Below, piece after piece: positions 8,628 through 18,062 of a stretch of 64,000 nucleotides of DNA. Each line of letters opens with the position of its first letter. The first letter of the stretch is position 1. The notes beneath the pieces are model-generated. The model searched no databases. It saw only the letters and a list, made by a program, of their open reading frames with translations, and had not been told where the DNA came from. This DNA is from an uncultured Bacteroidaceae bacterium (GTDB lineage: Bacteria > CAIWAD01): positions 15,458 through 79,457 of the forward strand of contig CAZMSD010000015.1 in assembly GCA_964568855.1 (NCBI GenBank), given 5' to 3'. A program made the translations under genes and the position numbers.

Positions 8628-10346
8628 TTATTCCTGCATGATGATGTGGATCCCGTCCACTCCGGGAGGCAGCTCCTCCGCGGGATCCAGGGCCCGCAGG
8701 TGAACGTGTCTCACGCGGTGTACGACGTGGACCTCGGAATGCTCCTCCCCGACGGCGACGCCGGAGGAATCGAACAGCAGCAGGTCGACGCGGCCCGTCC
8801 CCGCATCCGGCAGCCCGCCGCGATCGTCGTACACGGGCAGCAGCAGCCGCTCCGGGGGAGCGCCCGCTCCCTCGACCCGGCTGGTGTGCCCGCCGGCGCC
8901 CCTGAACACCAGGCGCCAGGCGGAGACATGGCCCGCGAAGTCGTCGTCCAGCAGAACCCGCAATTCCAGGTTCTCCGGCACGGGAATCGTCGACCCGCTG
9001 GGGGGCAGCGCCCTCCGGGCGCCGACCCGCGCTTCGACCGGAGCGCCCGACAGCGCGGCCAGGTCCTCGATGCGCATGCTCCGCTCGCCGGCGTGGATCA
9101 CGGGAACCACGCCCCGCTCCCGCGCCATGGTTTCCAGTAGCGCAGTCAGCCGGTAGTACTCGCGAGAGTAGGTCTCGCGAACCACCTCGCCTCCCTGCGG
9201 TACCACGCGCTCTCCCTCGGGAAGCTGCGCGGCCAGCACGGACTCGAGCGGGATCTCGTCCGCCAGCTCCTGCGGCAGGTGCAGGTGCAGCTCCATCAGG
9301 TCCACCGTCGCCCGGGGCAGCGCCATCAGCACCGGGGCCCTGGCGGCGTCCCAGCGCCGTCCGAAGAGACCGCGCAGTCCCCCCCGGCCCAGGGAAGTCT
9401 CGCCGGGCGCGTACACGCCCGGACCGCCCGCCGGTCCGAACCTGCCGGGCGACAATCCACCGCCCAGGTCCAGCCTGTAGACCAGCCGGTGGCTGCTCCC
9501 GGCCCGGTCTGCGAAATCGCCGATGGGAAAAGTAAGCTCGTAAGAGCAGCTGTGGTGTTCCTCCCAGGCCGCGGACATGGACAGCGCGAATCCTTCCTCG
9601 CGCACCCTCCCGGCCAGCTCCACGCCGGGCAGCACCCGGTAACCGGCTTCCAGGCCCGGTCGCGGTTCCTCGATCAACTCATCGAGCAGACCGCCGTCGC
9701 TGCGATTGTAGGCCAGGTTGTCGAGCGTGAGACCCAGGCGCAAGGGGCCGCCGCTCCAGTGAAGCCCCAGGTACTCGCGCAGCGGGGCGCGCGGTTCGCT
9801 CCCTGAAAGCGCCAGGCTGGGCCGGTTGATGTGCTTCAGGCCCAGCCCCAGGCGCAGGCCGCCCAGGGGCGACCAGAACACTCCCGCGCCCAGCACGGGC
9901 TGGATCCGGTCGCTGCCGTTGCGGAACACGGGATCCTCCGTCACGCCCTCGCTGAAGCGCGAAGTGTTCCAGCCGAAATGCCGGAAGCCCAGCTCCAGGC
10001 CCAGCGACAGGTTGCCCAGCGGCCGGTAGGCCCAGTCTAGGGCGATTTCCGACTCGTTCATCAGGTCCGTGTCGCGGTGCAGCGCCAGCAGGGCCAAGTT
10101 CCAGCGAGGAATCGAGAAGCTGAATCCGCCCTGTCCGAAGGCGGCCGGGCTGTCGGCCAGTCCCGTGTGCAACAGCTTCCAGGTAACCTCGAAGGCCACC
10201 GGCTGCCAAACGGCGAGGGCCGGATTCACGCGCAGGCCGCTGTGGTCTTCCAGCACGGCGGGATTGCCATAGGCGGCCATTTCGGCGCGAGCGGTAATGG
10301 GAATCGCCAGCACCAGGGCGCAGGGGATCAGGCGGTCGAGTTTCAT
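8628..10346 (-). CDS. T9SS PorP/SprF-like outer-membrane protein fused to an additional C-terminal domain
   Basis: Signal peptide MKLDRLIPCALVLAIPITARA, then a region with beta-barrel-like alternating hydrophobic residues (LGLELGFRHF, YRLDLGGG). Lies immediately downstream of a type-B CTD protein, which is the established pairing. About 250 extra C-terminal residues of unknown function. Start verified as an ATGA overlap. Confidence 0.5.
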   Translation of the reverse strand: MKLDRLIPCALVLAIPITARAEMAAYGNPAVLEDHSGLRVNPALAVWQPVAFEVTWKLLHTGLADSPAAFGQGGFSFSIPRWNLALLALHRDTDLMNESEIALDWAYRPLGNLSLGLELGFRHFGWNTSRFSEGVTEDPVFRNGSDRIQPVLGAGVFWSPLGGLRLGLGLKHINRPSLALSGSEPRAPLREYLGLHWSGGPLRLGLTLDNLAYNRSDGGLLDELIEEPRPGLEAGYRVLPGVELAGRVREEGFALSMSAAWEEHHSCSYELTFPIGDFADRAGSSHRLVYRLDLGGGLSPGRFGPAGGPGVYAPGETSLGRGGLRGLFGRRWDAARAPVLMALPRATVDLMELHLHLPQELADEIPLESVLAAQLPEGERVVPQGGEVVRETYSREYYRLTALLETMARERGVVPVIHAGERSMRIEDLAALSGAPVEARVGARRALPPSGSTIPVPENLELRVLLDDDFAGHVSAWRLVFRGAGGHTSRVEGAGAPPERLLLPVYDDRGGLPDAGTGRVDLLLFDSSGVAVGEEHSEVHVVHRVRHVHLRALDPAEELPPGVDGIHIIMQE

Positions 10347-13300
10347 CTTGCCACCCCCACCTGGCCGCGTTGTATTACGCGGTTGCCGTCCAGCATCACG
10401 AAGGGATAGACTCCCGGCAGCAGCGGGTGCCCGCCTGGGGCGGCGTCCCACTCGTATCGCCTGTCGCCCGTGGGCAGGCTCCTCGCCAGAACGCGCCGCC
10501 CGTTGAGGTCGTAGATCTCCAGCCGGAAGCGCACGCTCGGCGGAAGATCGCCGAAATCGAATACGCAGCGGTCGTTGAAACCGTCGCCGTTGGGCGTGCA
10601 CACGTTGGGCGTCACGCCAACGGGCTGGACGAACAGGTCGACGCAGCCTTCGTGCTCGTTGTCGGCGGGGTCGTCCGCGGGATTGCCCGTGCTCAGCTCG
10701 ATCCGCCAGCAACTGCAGGCGCCCGCCAGGGGCAGTCCGACGGTCATGCTGGTGTCGAGTTCCACTCCCGCGGGCAGTTCCAGCCAGTCCCAGTCATGGC
10801 GCACTCGCTCCACTCCGTCCAGCTCGCCCGCCAGGGTCAGCGGTCCTGCATATCCCCAGCCGCCGGCGTCGATGCGCAGAACGAATTCCAGCGTATCTCC
10901 GTAATACATCCGCGTGGGCGGCGCATCCAGCAGCGACAGGCCGGGATCTCCCCCCGCCTGGCGCAACGTGAACACTCCCGTCACCTCGGTCGCCAGTTGC
11001 ATCGCGGTGGAAGTGTCGGCCGCGCTGAAGCGCCAGTGCAACTGCCCGCCGAAGCGCAGTGAGTCTCCCAACTGCGGCGCCAGCGAGATCGCGGCCGAGA
11101 GATGGCCCTCGTCGAAGGAGGCCTGCGCCAGCGGATCCTGGTGCTGGGCGTCGGGGCTGACGGTCAGGCTTCCCGAGAAGGCGTCGCCGTCCACTTCCTC
11201 CGCCACCCAGTTCAGGAGGTACTCCGCACCCTCGTGCAGCTCGGTCACGCCGGCGGGAGCCTCCACCAGCCGCGGCGGATCGTCCGCAGGCTCGATCTCG
11301 AGCGCCAGTGTGTCCAGGTGGCTGCCGCCCCCCGGATCGTCCAGGCGGAAACGCAACCCCAGGCCCGGGAAGAGGGCCGAGTTCACGTCCCCGGCCGGCT
11401 GCAGCAGCACCGCCAGGGGATCCGTCGCCGTAATCTGGATCACGCTGTCCGGGTCCTGGGCGCCGTGTCCGAGCAGCGCTTCGATCTCCGCCTGCCAGCC
11501 CTCGGTGTCCGCGCCCGGGTAGAAGGTCCAGTCCCGGAAGTCCAGCAGGTAGTCCTGGTCTTCGACCATCGGCACGGCGGGCGGCCTGGTGTAGAGCACC
11601 AGGCGACCCTCGGCCCGCGCCAGGTAACCCTCCGGCGTGCCCAGGTCCAGGATCGAGAAGCGCCACCACAGCTCACCGCTGTAGTCCGCCGAATCCCCCA
11701 CCTGGGGAGTCCAGCTCCAGGTCCAGCTGCCGCCTTCCGGCACGTCCACCGTCTGCACGGGCTGCGTGTGCTCCGCGTCCAGGCTGAGCAGGAACTCGCG
11801 CTCCGTGGAATCTCCGTCAACTTCGACCCAGTTGAATTCCAGCTCCAGCAGGGCCCCCTCGCGGGCACCGCCCTCCTCCGGCGGGAACAGCAGCACCACG
11901 GGCGGATCGTCCGCCGGCAGGATCGTCACGGTCAGTGTATCACGAGTCTCGTTGTGCGAAGAATCGGTGAGCAGCAGCGCCAGGCCCAGCTCGGGATACA
12001 GGTCGCTGTTGGCGTGGGACTGGGGCTCCAGATTCAGCTCGAAGCCCGCCTGCCAGCCGACCTGCAGCACGGAATCGGGCAGCTGTCCCTCCGTGCCGAC
12101 GACTCCTTCGACCGCCAGCAGGACCTGGTCCAGCGGGCCGTCCGGGTCCTCGATCAGCGGCCCCAGGTCCACCACCTGGGCCTGGTCCTCGTTCAGGGAA
12201 GGAAGCCCGCCCGTGAAGTAGGGCGGGTAGGGGCATTCCAGCAGCCCGGTCAGATCAACGTGAACAGTGTCGCCGAAATCCGCCGGCGCGTTGCCGGCGA
12301 GTCGCAGTATGGCCGATTGCAGCCAGGGCCAGGGCTCCTCCATCGGGGGGCAGAAGTACAGCGGCAGGGCCGCGCTGTCTCCCGGCTGGATGTTCAGCGT
12401 ATCGACGGTGACACAGAAGCTCTCGGGCGCGCTGGTGCTGTCGTCCCCGGATGGCAGGACCTCCGGCAGGCCCACCCGCAGCCAGGCATCGCCCTCGTTC
12501 GAAATCCACAGGGTATCCCCGGGACAGCCGTCCTCGCAGTCCTCGTGCCCGCCGCAACTCGTTCCCAGGAAGAGCGAGTCCCCGGAGGCGGTCATTTCGG
12601 AGAAGCCCGCCTGGGCGCACAGCGCCACCGCCTCGTTGTAGTGCTGTTGACAGCCCGGCACGTTCCAGGCCACGCTGAACTGGCCCGAACCGTAGCACGA
12701 ATCATCGACCGCCTCGGCGTGATACGTCACCTCCACCAGCAGGCTGTCGCCCGGAAACAGCGTCGTTACTCCGGGATTCGACCAGGAGAAGGGAAAACCT
12801 GGATCCACCGGCGGATCCGAGAGGGTCAGCTCGATTTCGGCGGCCACCGACCGATTGTGGAATTCGACCGTCCGGACAGGTTCCTCGCCCACCGGCACCT
12901 GCAGGTAATACAAGGTGTCGGGAACGGTCAACTGGTGCACTCCGACCACCTCGTCCAGATACAGGTTCAACCGGCCGTCCTGGTAAAGCACCGCCATGTC
13001 GTGATCACCGTCGGCGTTGGCGTCGAAAACGCGCAGGCGGCTGGGCGGAGCGGGAATCGCCCCGTCGGACAGGAGATCGACGCCCTCGGGGCTGCGCGGA
13101 TCCTCGTGCAGGCGGATGCCCGAATGCCCGGCGAAGAGCACGCCGCCGCCCGCGATGGATTCCACGTCGTGCAGCGGCTCGGGGTAGGTCCAGGTGGAAA
13201 CGTCGACCCGGTCCTCCACCGGATCGATGTTGCTGAAGACGACCACCCGGCCGTCCTCGCGCCAGGCGATAACGTCCGGCATGTACTGGGGATCGAAGTC

Positions 13301-14431
13301 GTTCCAGCGCTCCAGGTGTTGCAGTCCTTCGGCCACGGCGGTTTCCGCCGTCCATACGATATGCATCTGCTCGCCGTCCCAGCCGGCCATCTTCAACGGC
13401 TCGGGCGACGATTCGAGCAGCAGCAGGTAGTCCGTGTCGCCTTCCGCCGGGTACTGCTGGCCGTGCAGCATCAGCATGTCCAGCGGGTCGCCCAGGCCGC
13501 TGAGCAGTACCTCGGCCGAGTCGGGCAGCAATCCCGAGCAGTCGCCGGCGTTGGGATAGAGAATCAGCTCTCCTCCGCGGTTGGCCACCAGCAGGTCCTG
13601 GCACAGGTGATCCGGCCGGGCGCGATAGGCCAGCGCCAGCTTGGGCGATTCGGTGAAGATCTCCTCCTCGAGGACCATCTGCTCGAACTGGGGAACGTCG
13701 TCCGGGCCCGTGCGCAGGAACAGTGTGATCTGCTCCTCCTGGCCGCCCGTGTTGAGCACGAAACCTTGGCCCTGGTGCCCGCTGAGCGAGATTGTCGACA
13801 TGCGCCGGTCCACCGACCAGTTGGACAGCAGCTCCCCTCCCAGGCCCTGGGCCTGGGGCGTGCCGGCGCAGTCCACCAGGCCCAGCATCACGATCCGGTC
13901 GCGGGCCACCAGCGTCAGGTCCACCATCCCGTCGCGGTCGAGCTCCATCGGCAGCAGGTCCACCATCTCGCTGGCCTCGCCCTGCAGCTGGAGGGAGTAG
14001 GGCTGGCTTTCGCCGATCCACTCGCAGTCGGAACAGACGAAGGGCCACTCGGTGTGATACATCTCCAGGGTTACGGTGTCGGCGACGCTCGAGTCCGCCT
14101 TCAGCTCGATGCGCACGCGCGAGGCCGTGATCCAGGGATAATTGTCCACCAGCGGGATCAGGAAAACGGTTTCGTAGGGTGGCTGGCCCACGGGGGAGGG
14201 GTTCCAGTAGAGAAACCCGCGCTGCTCGTCGCGGATCTCGATCAACTGCCCGAGCTGCACGAACTCGTCGACGGACATGGGCGGCGAAAGCTGCAGCTGG
14301 ATGTTGTCCAGCGGGCCCAGCGGGTCGCCCGGCGCGGGGGTCACCTGCGAGATCCGCGCCTGCGCGACCTGCAGCACGCAGCAGAGCGAAAGCGCAGGCA
14401 CGAAGCGGAAAAACCTGGAACGATCAACCAT
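10343..14431 (-). CDS. giant cell-surface adhesin with T9SS type-B C-terminal domain (SprB-like)
   Basis: 1362 aa after the signal peptide MVDRSRFFRFVPALSLCCVLQVAQA. Repeated ...ADDPP... Ig-like modules. C-terminus CTPNGDGFNDRCVFDF...EIYDLNGRRV matches the gliding-motility-associated type-B CTD. Confidence 0.8.
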   Translation of the reverse strand: MVDRSRFFRFVPALSLCCVLQVAQARISQVTPAPGDPLGPLDNIQLQLSPPMSVDEFVQLGQLIEIRDEQRGFLYWNPSPVGQPPYETVFLIPLVDNYPWITASRVRIELKADSSVADTVTLEMYHTEWPFVCSDCEWIGESQPYSLQLQGEASEMVDLLPMELDRDGMVDLTLVARDRIVMLGLVDCAGTPQAQGLGGELLSNWSVDRRMSTISLSGHQGQGFVLNTGGQEEQITLFLRTGPDDVPQFEQMVLEEEIFTESPKLALAYRARPDHLCQDLLVANRGGELILYPNAGDCSGLLPDSAEVLLSGLGDPLDMLMLHGQQYPAEGDTDYLLLLESSPEPLKMAGWDGEQMHIVWTAETAVAEGLQHLERWNDFDPQYMPDVIAWREDGRVVVFSNIDPVEDRVDVSTWTYPEPLHDVESIAGGGVLFAGHSGIRLHEDPRSPEGVDLLSDGAIPAPPSRLRVFDANADGDHDMAVLYQDGRLNLYLDEVVGVHQLTVPDTLYYLQVPVGEEPVRTVEFHNRSVAAEIELTLSDPPVDPGFPFSWSNPGVTTLFPGDSLLVEVTYHAEAVDDSCYGSGQFSVAWNVPGCQQHYNEAVALCAQAGFSEMTASGDSLFLGTSCGGHEDCEDGCPGDTLWISNEGDAWLRVGLPEVLPSGDDSTSAPESFCVTVDTLNIQPGDSAALPLYFCPPMEEPWPWLQSAILRLAGNAPADFGDTVHVDLTGLLECPYPPYFTGGLPSLNEDQAQVVDLGPLIEDPDGPLDQVLLAVEGVVGTEGQLPDSVLQVGWQAGFELNLEPQSHANSDLYPELGLALLLTDSSHNETRDTLTVTILPADDPPVVLLFPPEEGGAREGALLELEFNWVEVDGDSTEREFLLSLDAEHTQPVQTVDVPEGGSWTWSWTPQVGDSADYSGELWWRFSILDLGTPEGYLARAEGRLVLYTRPPAVPMVEDQDYLLDFRDWTFYPGADTEGWQAEIEALLGHGAQDPDSVIQITATDPLAVLLQPAGDVNSALFPGLGLRFRLDDPGGGSHLDTLALEIEPADDPPRLVEAPAGVTELHEGAEYLLNWVAEEVDGDAFSGSLTVSPDAQHQDPLAQASFDEGHLSAAISLAPQLGDSLRFGGQLHWRFSAADTSTAMQLATEVTGVFTLRQAGGDPGLSLLDAPPTRMYYGDTLEFVLRIDAGGWGYAGPLTLAGELDGVERVRHDWDWLELPAGVELDTSMTVGLPLAGACSCWRIELSTGNPADDPADNEHEGCVDLFVQPVGVTPNVCTPNGDGFNDRCVFDFGDLPPSVRFRLEIYDLNGRRVLARSLPTGDRRYEWDAAPGGHPLLPGVYPFVMLDGNRVIQRGQVGVAR

Positions 14432-15305
14432 CGCTTCCACCTGTATCACCGGAATCTTTGAGCTTGTCGATGAAGCGCAGCCACAGGGCCGTATCGCGGT
14501 AACCGCGGGGTCGCAGGTCCTCGAAGGCGCCGCGGGCCTCGGCGTAACGGCCCGTGCGCGCCAGGGCGACGGCCCGCAGGTAGCGCTCGTCGCGCCCCCG
14601 GGGAGGCCGCCGGGTGAACTCGAGCAGCAGCCGGGACCAGGCACCGGCCGCACCCAGCGCTTCGAGGTCGCCGGTATCCAGATCGCCGACCGCCGTCCGG
14701 TATGCCTCGCAGATGTCGTTCGTCCGATCGGGATGCCTCAGCAGCAGGCGAACCAGGTCCCGATGATCCGGATCGGCTCCCGGGCGCCTGAGCAGCGCCA
14801 GGCAGGCCTCCGCGCCGCCGGCCCTCAGGGCCAGGTCCAGGCCTTCGCGGGGCAGCGAGGCGAAGCGCTCGAAGATGCTGTCGGGCGCCGTTTCCGGCGA
14901 CCTGCCCGTCTCCTCGGCTGCGGCCGCCAGGGCCCGCACCCAGCATTCGGCCATCGCGCGGCCGCCTCCCAGAGCGCGGTCCAGCAATCGGTAGATCGAA
15001 TCCCGTTCCGCCGGCGGGCGGGCGTCCGCCCAGCGGCAGAGATCCCGCCGCCAATCCGCCGGCAACCGGCCTTCCAGGGTTTCGGCCGCCGCCCGCAGGT
15101 CGCCGTCCTGCCAGCGCAGCCAGGCCAGCTGTCGCAATTCCTCGCTCGAGGGCCGGCCGCCGGCGGCGCGCAGCGATTCGAGCTGCTGCTCCAGCGCCTC
15201 TCTCGCGCGGGTCGTTTCCCCGGCGATCAGCAGGTCGCCCGGCGAGGGAGTCAGGTCGACGCAGGCGACGGTCCCTGCCAGGACAATCGGAACCAGCGCC
15301 CGCAT
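14424..15305 (-). CDS. alpha-helical (TPR-like) lipoprotein or secreted protein
   Basis: Signal/lipobox MRALVPIVLAGTVACVD. Ala/Arg/Leu-rich helices. 8-nt overlap with the adhesin gene start. Confidence 0.5.
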   Translation of the reverse strand: MRALVPIVLAGTVACVDLTPSPGDLLIAGETTRAREALEQQLESLRAAGGRPSSEELRQLAWLRWQDGDLRAAAETLEGRLPADWRRDLCRWADARPPAERDSIYRLLDRALGGGRAMAECWVRALAAAAEETGRSPETAPDSIFERFASLPREGLDLALRAGGAEACLALLRRPGADPDHRDLVRLLLRHPDRTNDICEAYRTAVGDLDTGDLEALGAAGAWSRLLLEFTRRPPRGRDERYLRAVALARTGRYAEARGAFEDLRPRGYRDTALWLRFIDKLKDSGDTGGSDG

Positions 15306-15345
15306 AATGTGGATCCGCCGGACTCTCATCCTTCCTACGAAATGC

Positions 15346-17262
15346 TCAATCCTTGAATACCCTGAAGTTACCGTTTCGCTCCGTGCTTCCCCGCCCGTCC
15401 AGGTATTCAAGAAAAGGTACGGAAAATCGACGCGCCGCCCCGTCCAGGGCCTTGCCCGCCTCGCTTACGGTGAAGCCATGTTCAGAATTATCGGACAGGC
15501 TCTTCAAGGTATTGAGCGCGCGTTTGAAGACGCCGCGGCTGAGGTGGATTTCGGGCGTGACCTGAACCACGCTGCCTTCGTTGCGGCACAAGGCCAGGAG
15601 GCGCTTGACCTCCGCCGTGCTCAGGTCGCGGCGGCTCGCGAGCTCGGCCGGGCGGGGAGCGCTGTAGGCGGCCTTCTCGAGCTCCGTCACCAGGCGGCGC
15701 ATCTGTTCGCGCAGTTCCTCGGGTACGCGCACTTCGTGCTCCCGAAGCGAGACGACTCCACCGTCGCGGGTCAGCGCGCCTGAGCCTTCCAGGGTTCCCA
15801 GCAGGTGCTCGAAGAAGGCCTGATCCCCGGAGGGCTGTCCCGTTCGCGGAAAGAGTTCGCTCCGCAACTGGGCGGAGGGCATCCCCGGCAGCTCGGGCCG
15901 CGATTCGTGATACTCCCTCAACTTATCGAGCAGCTTCGCCGAGATCCGCTCATGGATCTTCGTCGAGATGTAGACGGTGCGGCTGCCCAGCTCCAAGGCT
16001 GCCGCCGATCCCTCGTCCGCCAGCTTGCGGAGGGGTTGTCGCAGCTCCTCGAAGGTGGCGCCCGTCTTCTCCTGCAGCGCCTCCGCCGTCCACAGCGGGT
16101 CCTGCAGGCTGTGGAGGATTCCGTGCATTTGCCGGGCGAGGTCCTCGTCCGCGATGCGCTGCAGGCGCTCCACCACCTGCCCGGATCCCTGGCGGTGCTT
16201 GCGCGGCGTCGGATCGACCACTTCGCCGCCGCCGATGGTGACCTGGGGCGAATAGCGGCGTATCACGAACCGGTCGCCGGCCAGGGCGGTCACGAGGCTT
16301 TCCAGCCGCAGCTGCGCGTAGCAGGATTCGCCTCCCGCGAGTTCTTCACGGCCCAGCAGCACGGCCCTGGCCATCAGTTCGGAAGTTCCGACGTGTACCC
16401 GCAGGCGATCACGGTTGCGCAGGCGGAACGCCCCGGGCAGGATCTCCAGCCGGGCGTCGAGCATGTAACTCGGCTTCAGCACCCCGGGGCTCGCCAAGCA
16501 GTCGCCGCGCCGGACCTGGCCCAGCCCCACGCCCTGCAGGTTGACCGCCGCCCTGTCCCCCTGTTGCACCAGCTCTACCGCGTGCCCGTGGATCTGCAGG
16601 TTCCTGATCCGGGTGCGAGTGCCTCCGGGCAGGATTTCCACCTCGTCGCCGGCGGCGGCGGATCCGGAGATCACCGTGCCGGTCACCACGGTTCCATAGC
16701 CCTTGATGTTGAAAGCGCGGTCGACGAATTCGCGGAAGATACCGCGCCTGTCCGGCGGCGGCAGTTCCTCCAGCCGCGCGCGCAGGATTTCTCCAAGCTC
16801 GGGAATCCCCCTGCCGCTCAGCGAATCCACGCAGACAATCGGGCTGGATTCGAGAAAACTACCCGTGACGAAACTGCTCAACTCTTCGCGCACAAGCTCG
16901 AGCCATTCCTCCTCCACCGTGTCGACCTTGGTTATCACGGCCATGCCGTGTCGCACGCCCAGGAGGCGCAGGATGTCGAAGTGCTCGCGCGTCTGGGGCA
17001 TGATCCCGTCGTCGGCGGCCACCACCAGCAGGACGAAGTCCACGGTGGCCGCGCCGGTGACCATGTTCTTGATGAAGCGCTCGTGCCCGGGGACGTCGAT
17101 GACGGTGATGTTCTCGCCAAGGAAGGCGAATCCGAGGTCGATGGTAATCTGGCGCTGCTGTTCTTCCTTGAGCGTGTCGGTGTCCACGCCTGTGAGAGCC
17201 TTTACCAGGGCCGTCTTGCCGTGGTCGATGTGGCCGGCGGTTCCGATTACGATGTGAGACAT
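15346..17262 (-). CDS. selB: selenocysteine-specific translation elongation factor SelB
   Basis: N-terminus [25 protein letters not shown] with G1 to G4 GTPase motifs. 638 aa, with the C-terminal winged-helix extension typical of SelB. Confidence 0.9.
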   Translation of the reverse strand: MSHIVIGTAGHIDHGKTALVKALTGVDTDTLKEEQQRQITIDLGFAFLGENITVIDVPGHERFIKNMVTGAATVDFVLLVVAADDGIMPQTREHFDILRLLGVRHGMAVITKVDTVEEEWLELVREELSSFVTGSFLESSPIVCVDSLSGRGIPELGEILRARLEELPPPDRRGIFREFVDRAFNIKGYGTVVTGTVISGSAAAGDEVEILPGGTRTRIRNLQIHGHAVELVQQGDRAAVNLQGVGLGQVRRGDCLASPGVLKPSYMLDARLEILPGAFRLRNRDRLRVHVGTSELMARAVLLGREELAGGESCYAQLRLESLVTALAGDRFVIRRYSPQVTIGGGEVVDPTPRKHRQGSGQVVERLQRIADEDLARQMHGILHSLQDPLWTAEALQEKTGATFEELRQPLRKLADEGSAAALELGSRTVYISTKIHERISAKLLDKLREYHESRPELPGMPSAQLRSELFPRTGQPSGDQAFFEHLLGTLEGSGALTRDGGVVSLREHEVRVPEELREQMRRLVTELEKAAYSAPRPAELASRRDLSTAEVKRLLALCRNEGSVVQVTPEIHLSRGVFKRALNTLKSLSDNSEHGFTVSEAGKALDGAARRFSVPFLEYLDGRGSTERNGNFRVFKD

Positions 17263-17273
17263 TCCGTCCCCGT

Positions 17274-18053
17274 TCAGAGCTTGCGTTCCTTGCGGATCGC
17301 GGACCAGGCGTGCTGCAGGTTCTTGAACTTCTCTTCAGCGAAGGAGCGGTACTCGTCTCCAAGATGCGCGACGCGGTCGGGGTGGAATTTCTTGGCCAGT
17401 TCGCGGTAGGCCCTCTTCAGTTCCTCGTCGGCTGCCGAGGGATTCATGCCCAGAACCTCGTAGTGACTGCTCGCGGCGGCGGGCCCGCCGGCAGGCCGGC
17501 TGCTGCCGAAGACGGCCCGCAGGTCCTCTTCGCTGATCCCCAGCCTGCGGGCGATTTCCTGGACCGCGCGCGTCTCCTCCGGGTGCAGCTCGCCGTCGGC
17601 CATGGCGATGGTGAACAGGAAATGAAGGATTTCAAGCCGGTCGTGATACCCCATGTGGGCCGTGATCTGAGCGCAGATCTCGGAGACGTCGAACTCGCGC
17701 TCCAGGATCTGCCTGAGCATCTTGAGCATGTCCTGAGCGTTGTCCTGGCCAAATTGCGCCACCAGGAATTCTCGGACCTTGCGGACCTCGGAGGAAAGCA
17801 CGCGCCGGTCGGCGCGTATCACGTGCGCGCACAGCGCCAGCAGGGCCACCGCGAAGTTGCCGCCCAGATTCCGCTGGAAGCTTTCCTGGTGGCTGTTTAC
17901 GTATTCCGCGTTGCGGTAGTAGTTGTAGGGAATCTCCCGCGCTCGGCCGCGCTGGTCGAAGATGTTGCCGATCATTCCGCCGAAGAGCGCTCCCAGCGGG
18001 CCGAACATCGCCCACCCCAGACCGCCGCCGATCAGTTTGCCTGCCCAGGCCAT
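17274..18053 (-). CDS. djlA: co-chaperone DjlA (TerB domain plus C-terminal J domain)
   Basis: N-terminal Gly-rich transmembrane segment, a TerB-like central region, and a C-terminal J domain (YEVLGMNPSAADEELKRAYRELAKKFHPDR). Confidence 0.8.
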   Translation of the reverse strand: MAWAGKLIGGGLGWAMFGPLGALFGGMIGNIFDQRGRAREIPYNYYRNAEYVNSHQESFQRNLGGNFAVALLALCAHVIRADRRVLSSEVRKVREFLVAQFGQDNAQDMLKMLRQILEREFDVSEICAQITAHMGYHDRLEILHFLFTIAMADGELHPEETRAVQEIARRLGISEEDLRAVFGSSRPAGGPAAASSHYEVLGMNPSAADEELKRAYRELAKKFHPDRVAHLGDEYRSFAEEKFKNLQHAWSAIRKERKL

Positions 18054-18062
18054 TCCAGCTCC

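Noticed and set aside
11102-14461. 1119-aa plus-strand ORF antisense to the giant adhesin gene
   Set aside because: It is a high-GC shadow ORF. The product is Arg/Gly/Pro/His-rich with no motifs, signal peptide or Shine-Dalgarno. The opposite-strand ORF has a signal peptide and a type-B CTD and is translationally coupled to its neighbours.
15805-17409. 534-aa plus-strand ORF opposite selB
   Set aside because: SelB on the minus strand has unambiguous GTPase motifs. The plus-strand ORF is a GC-skew artefact.
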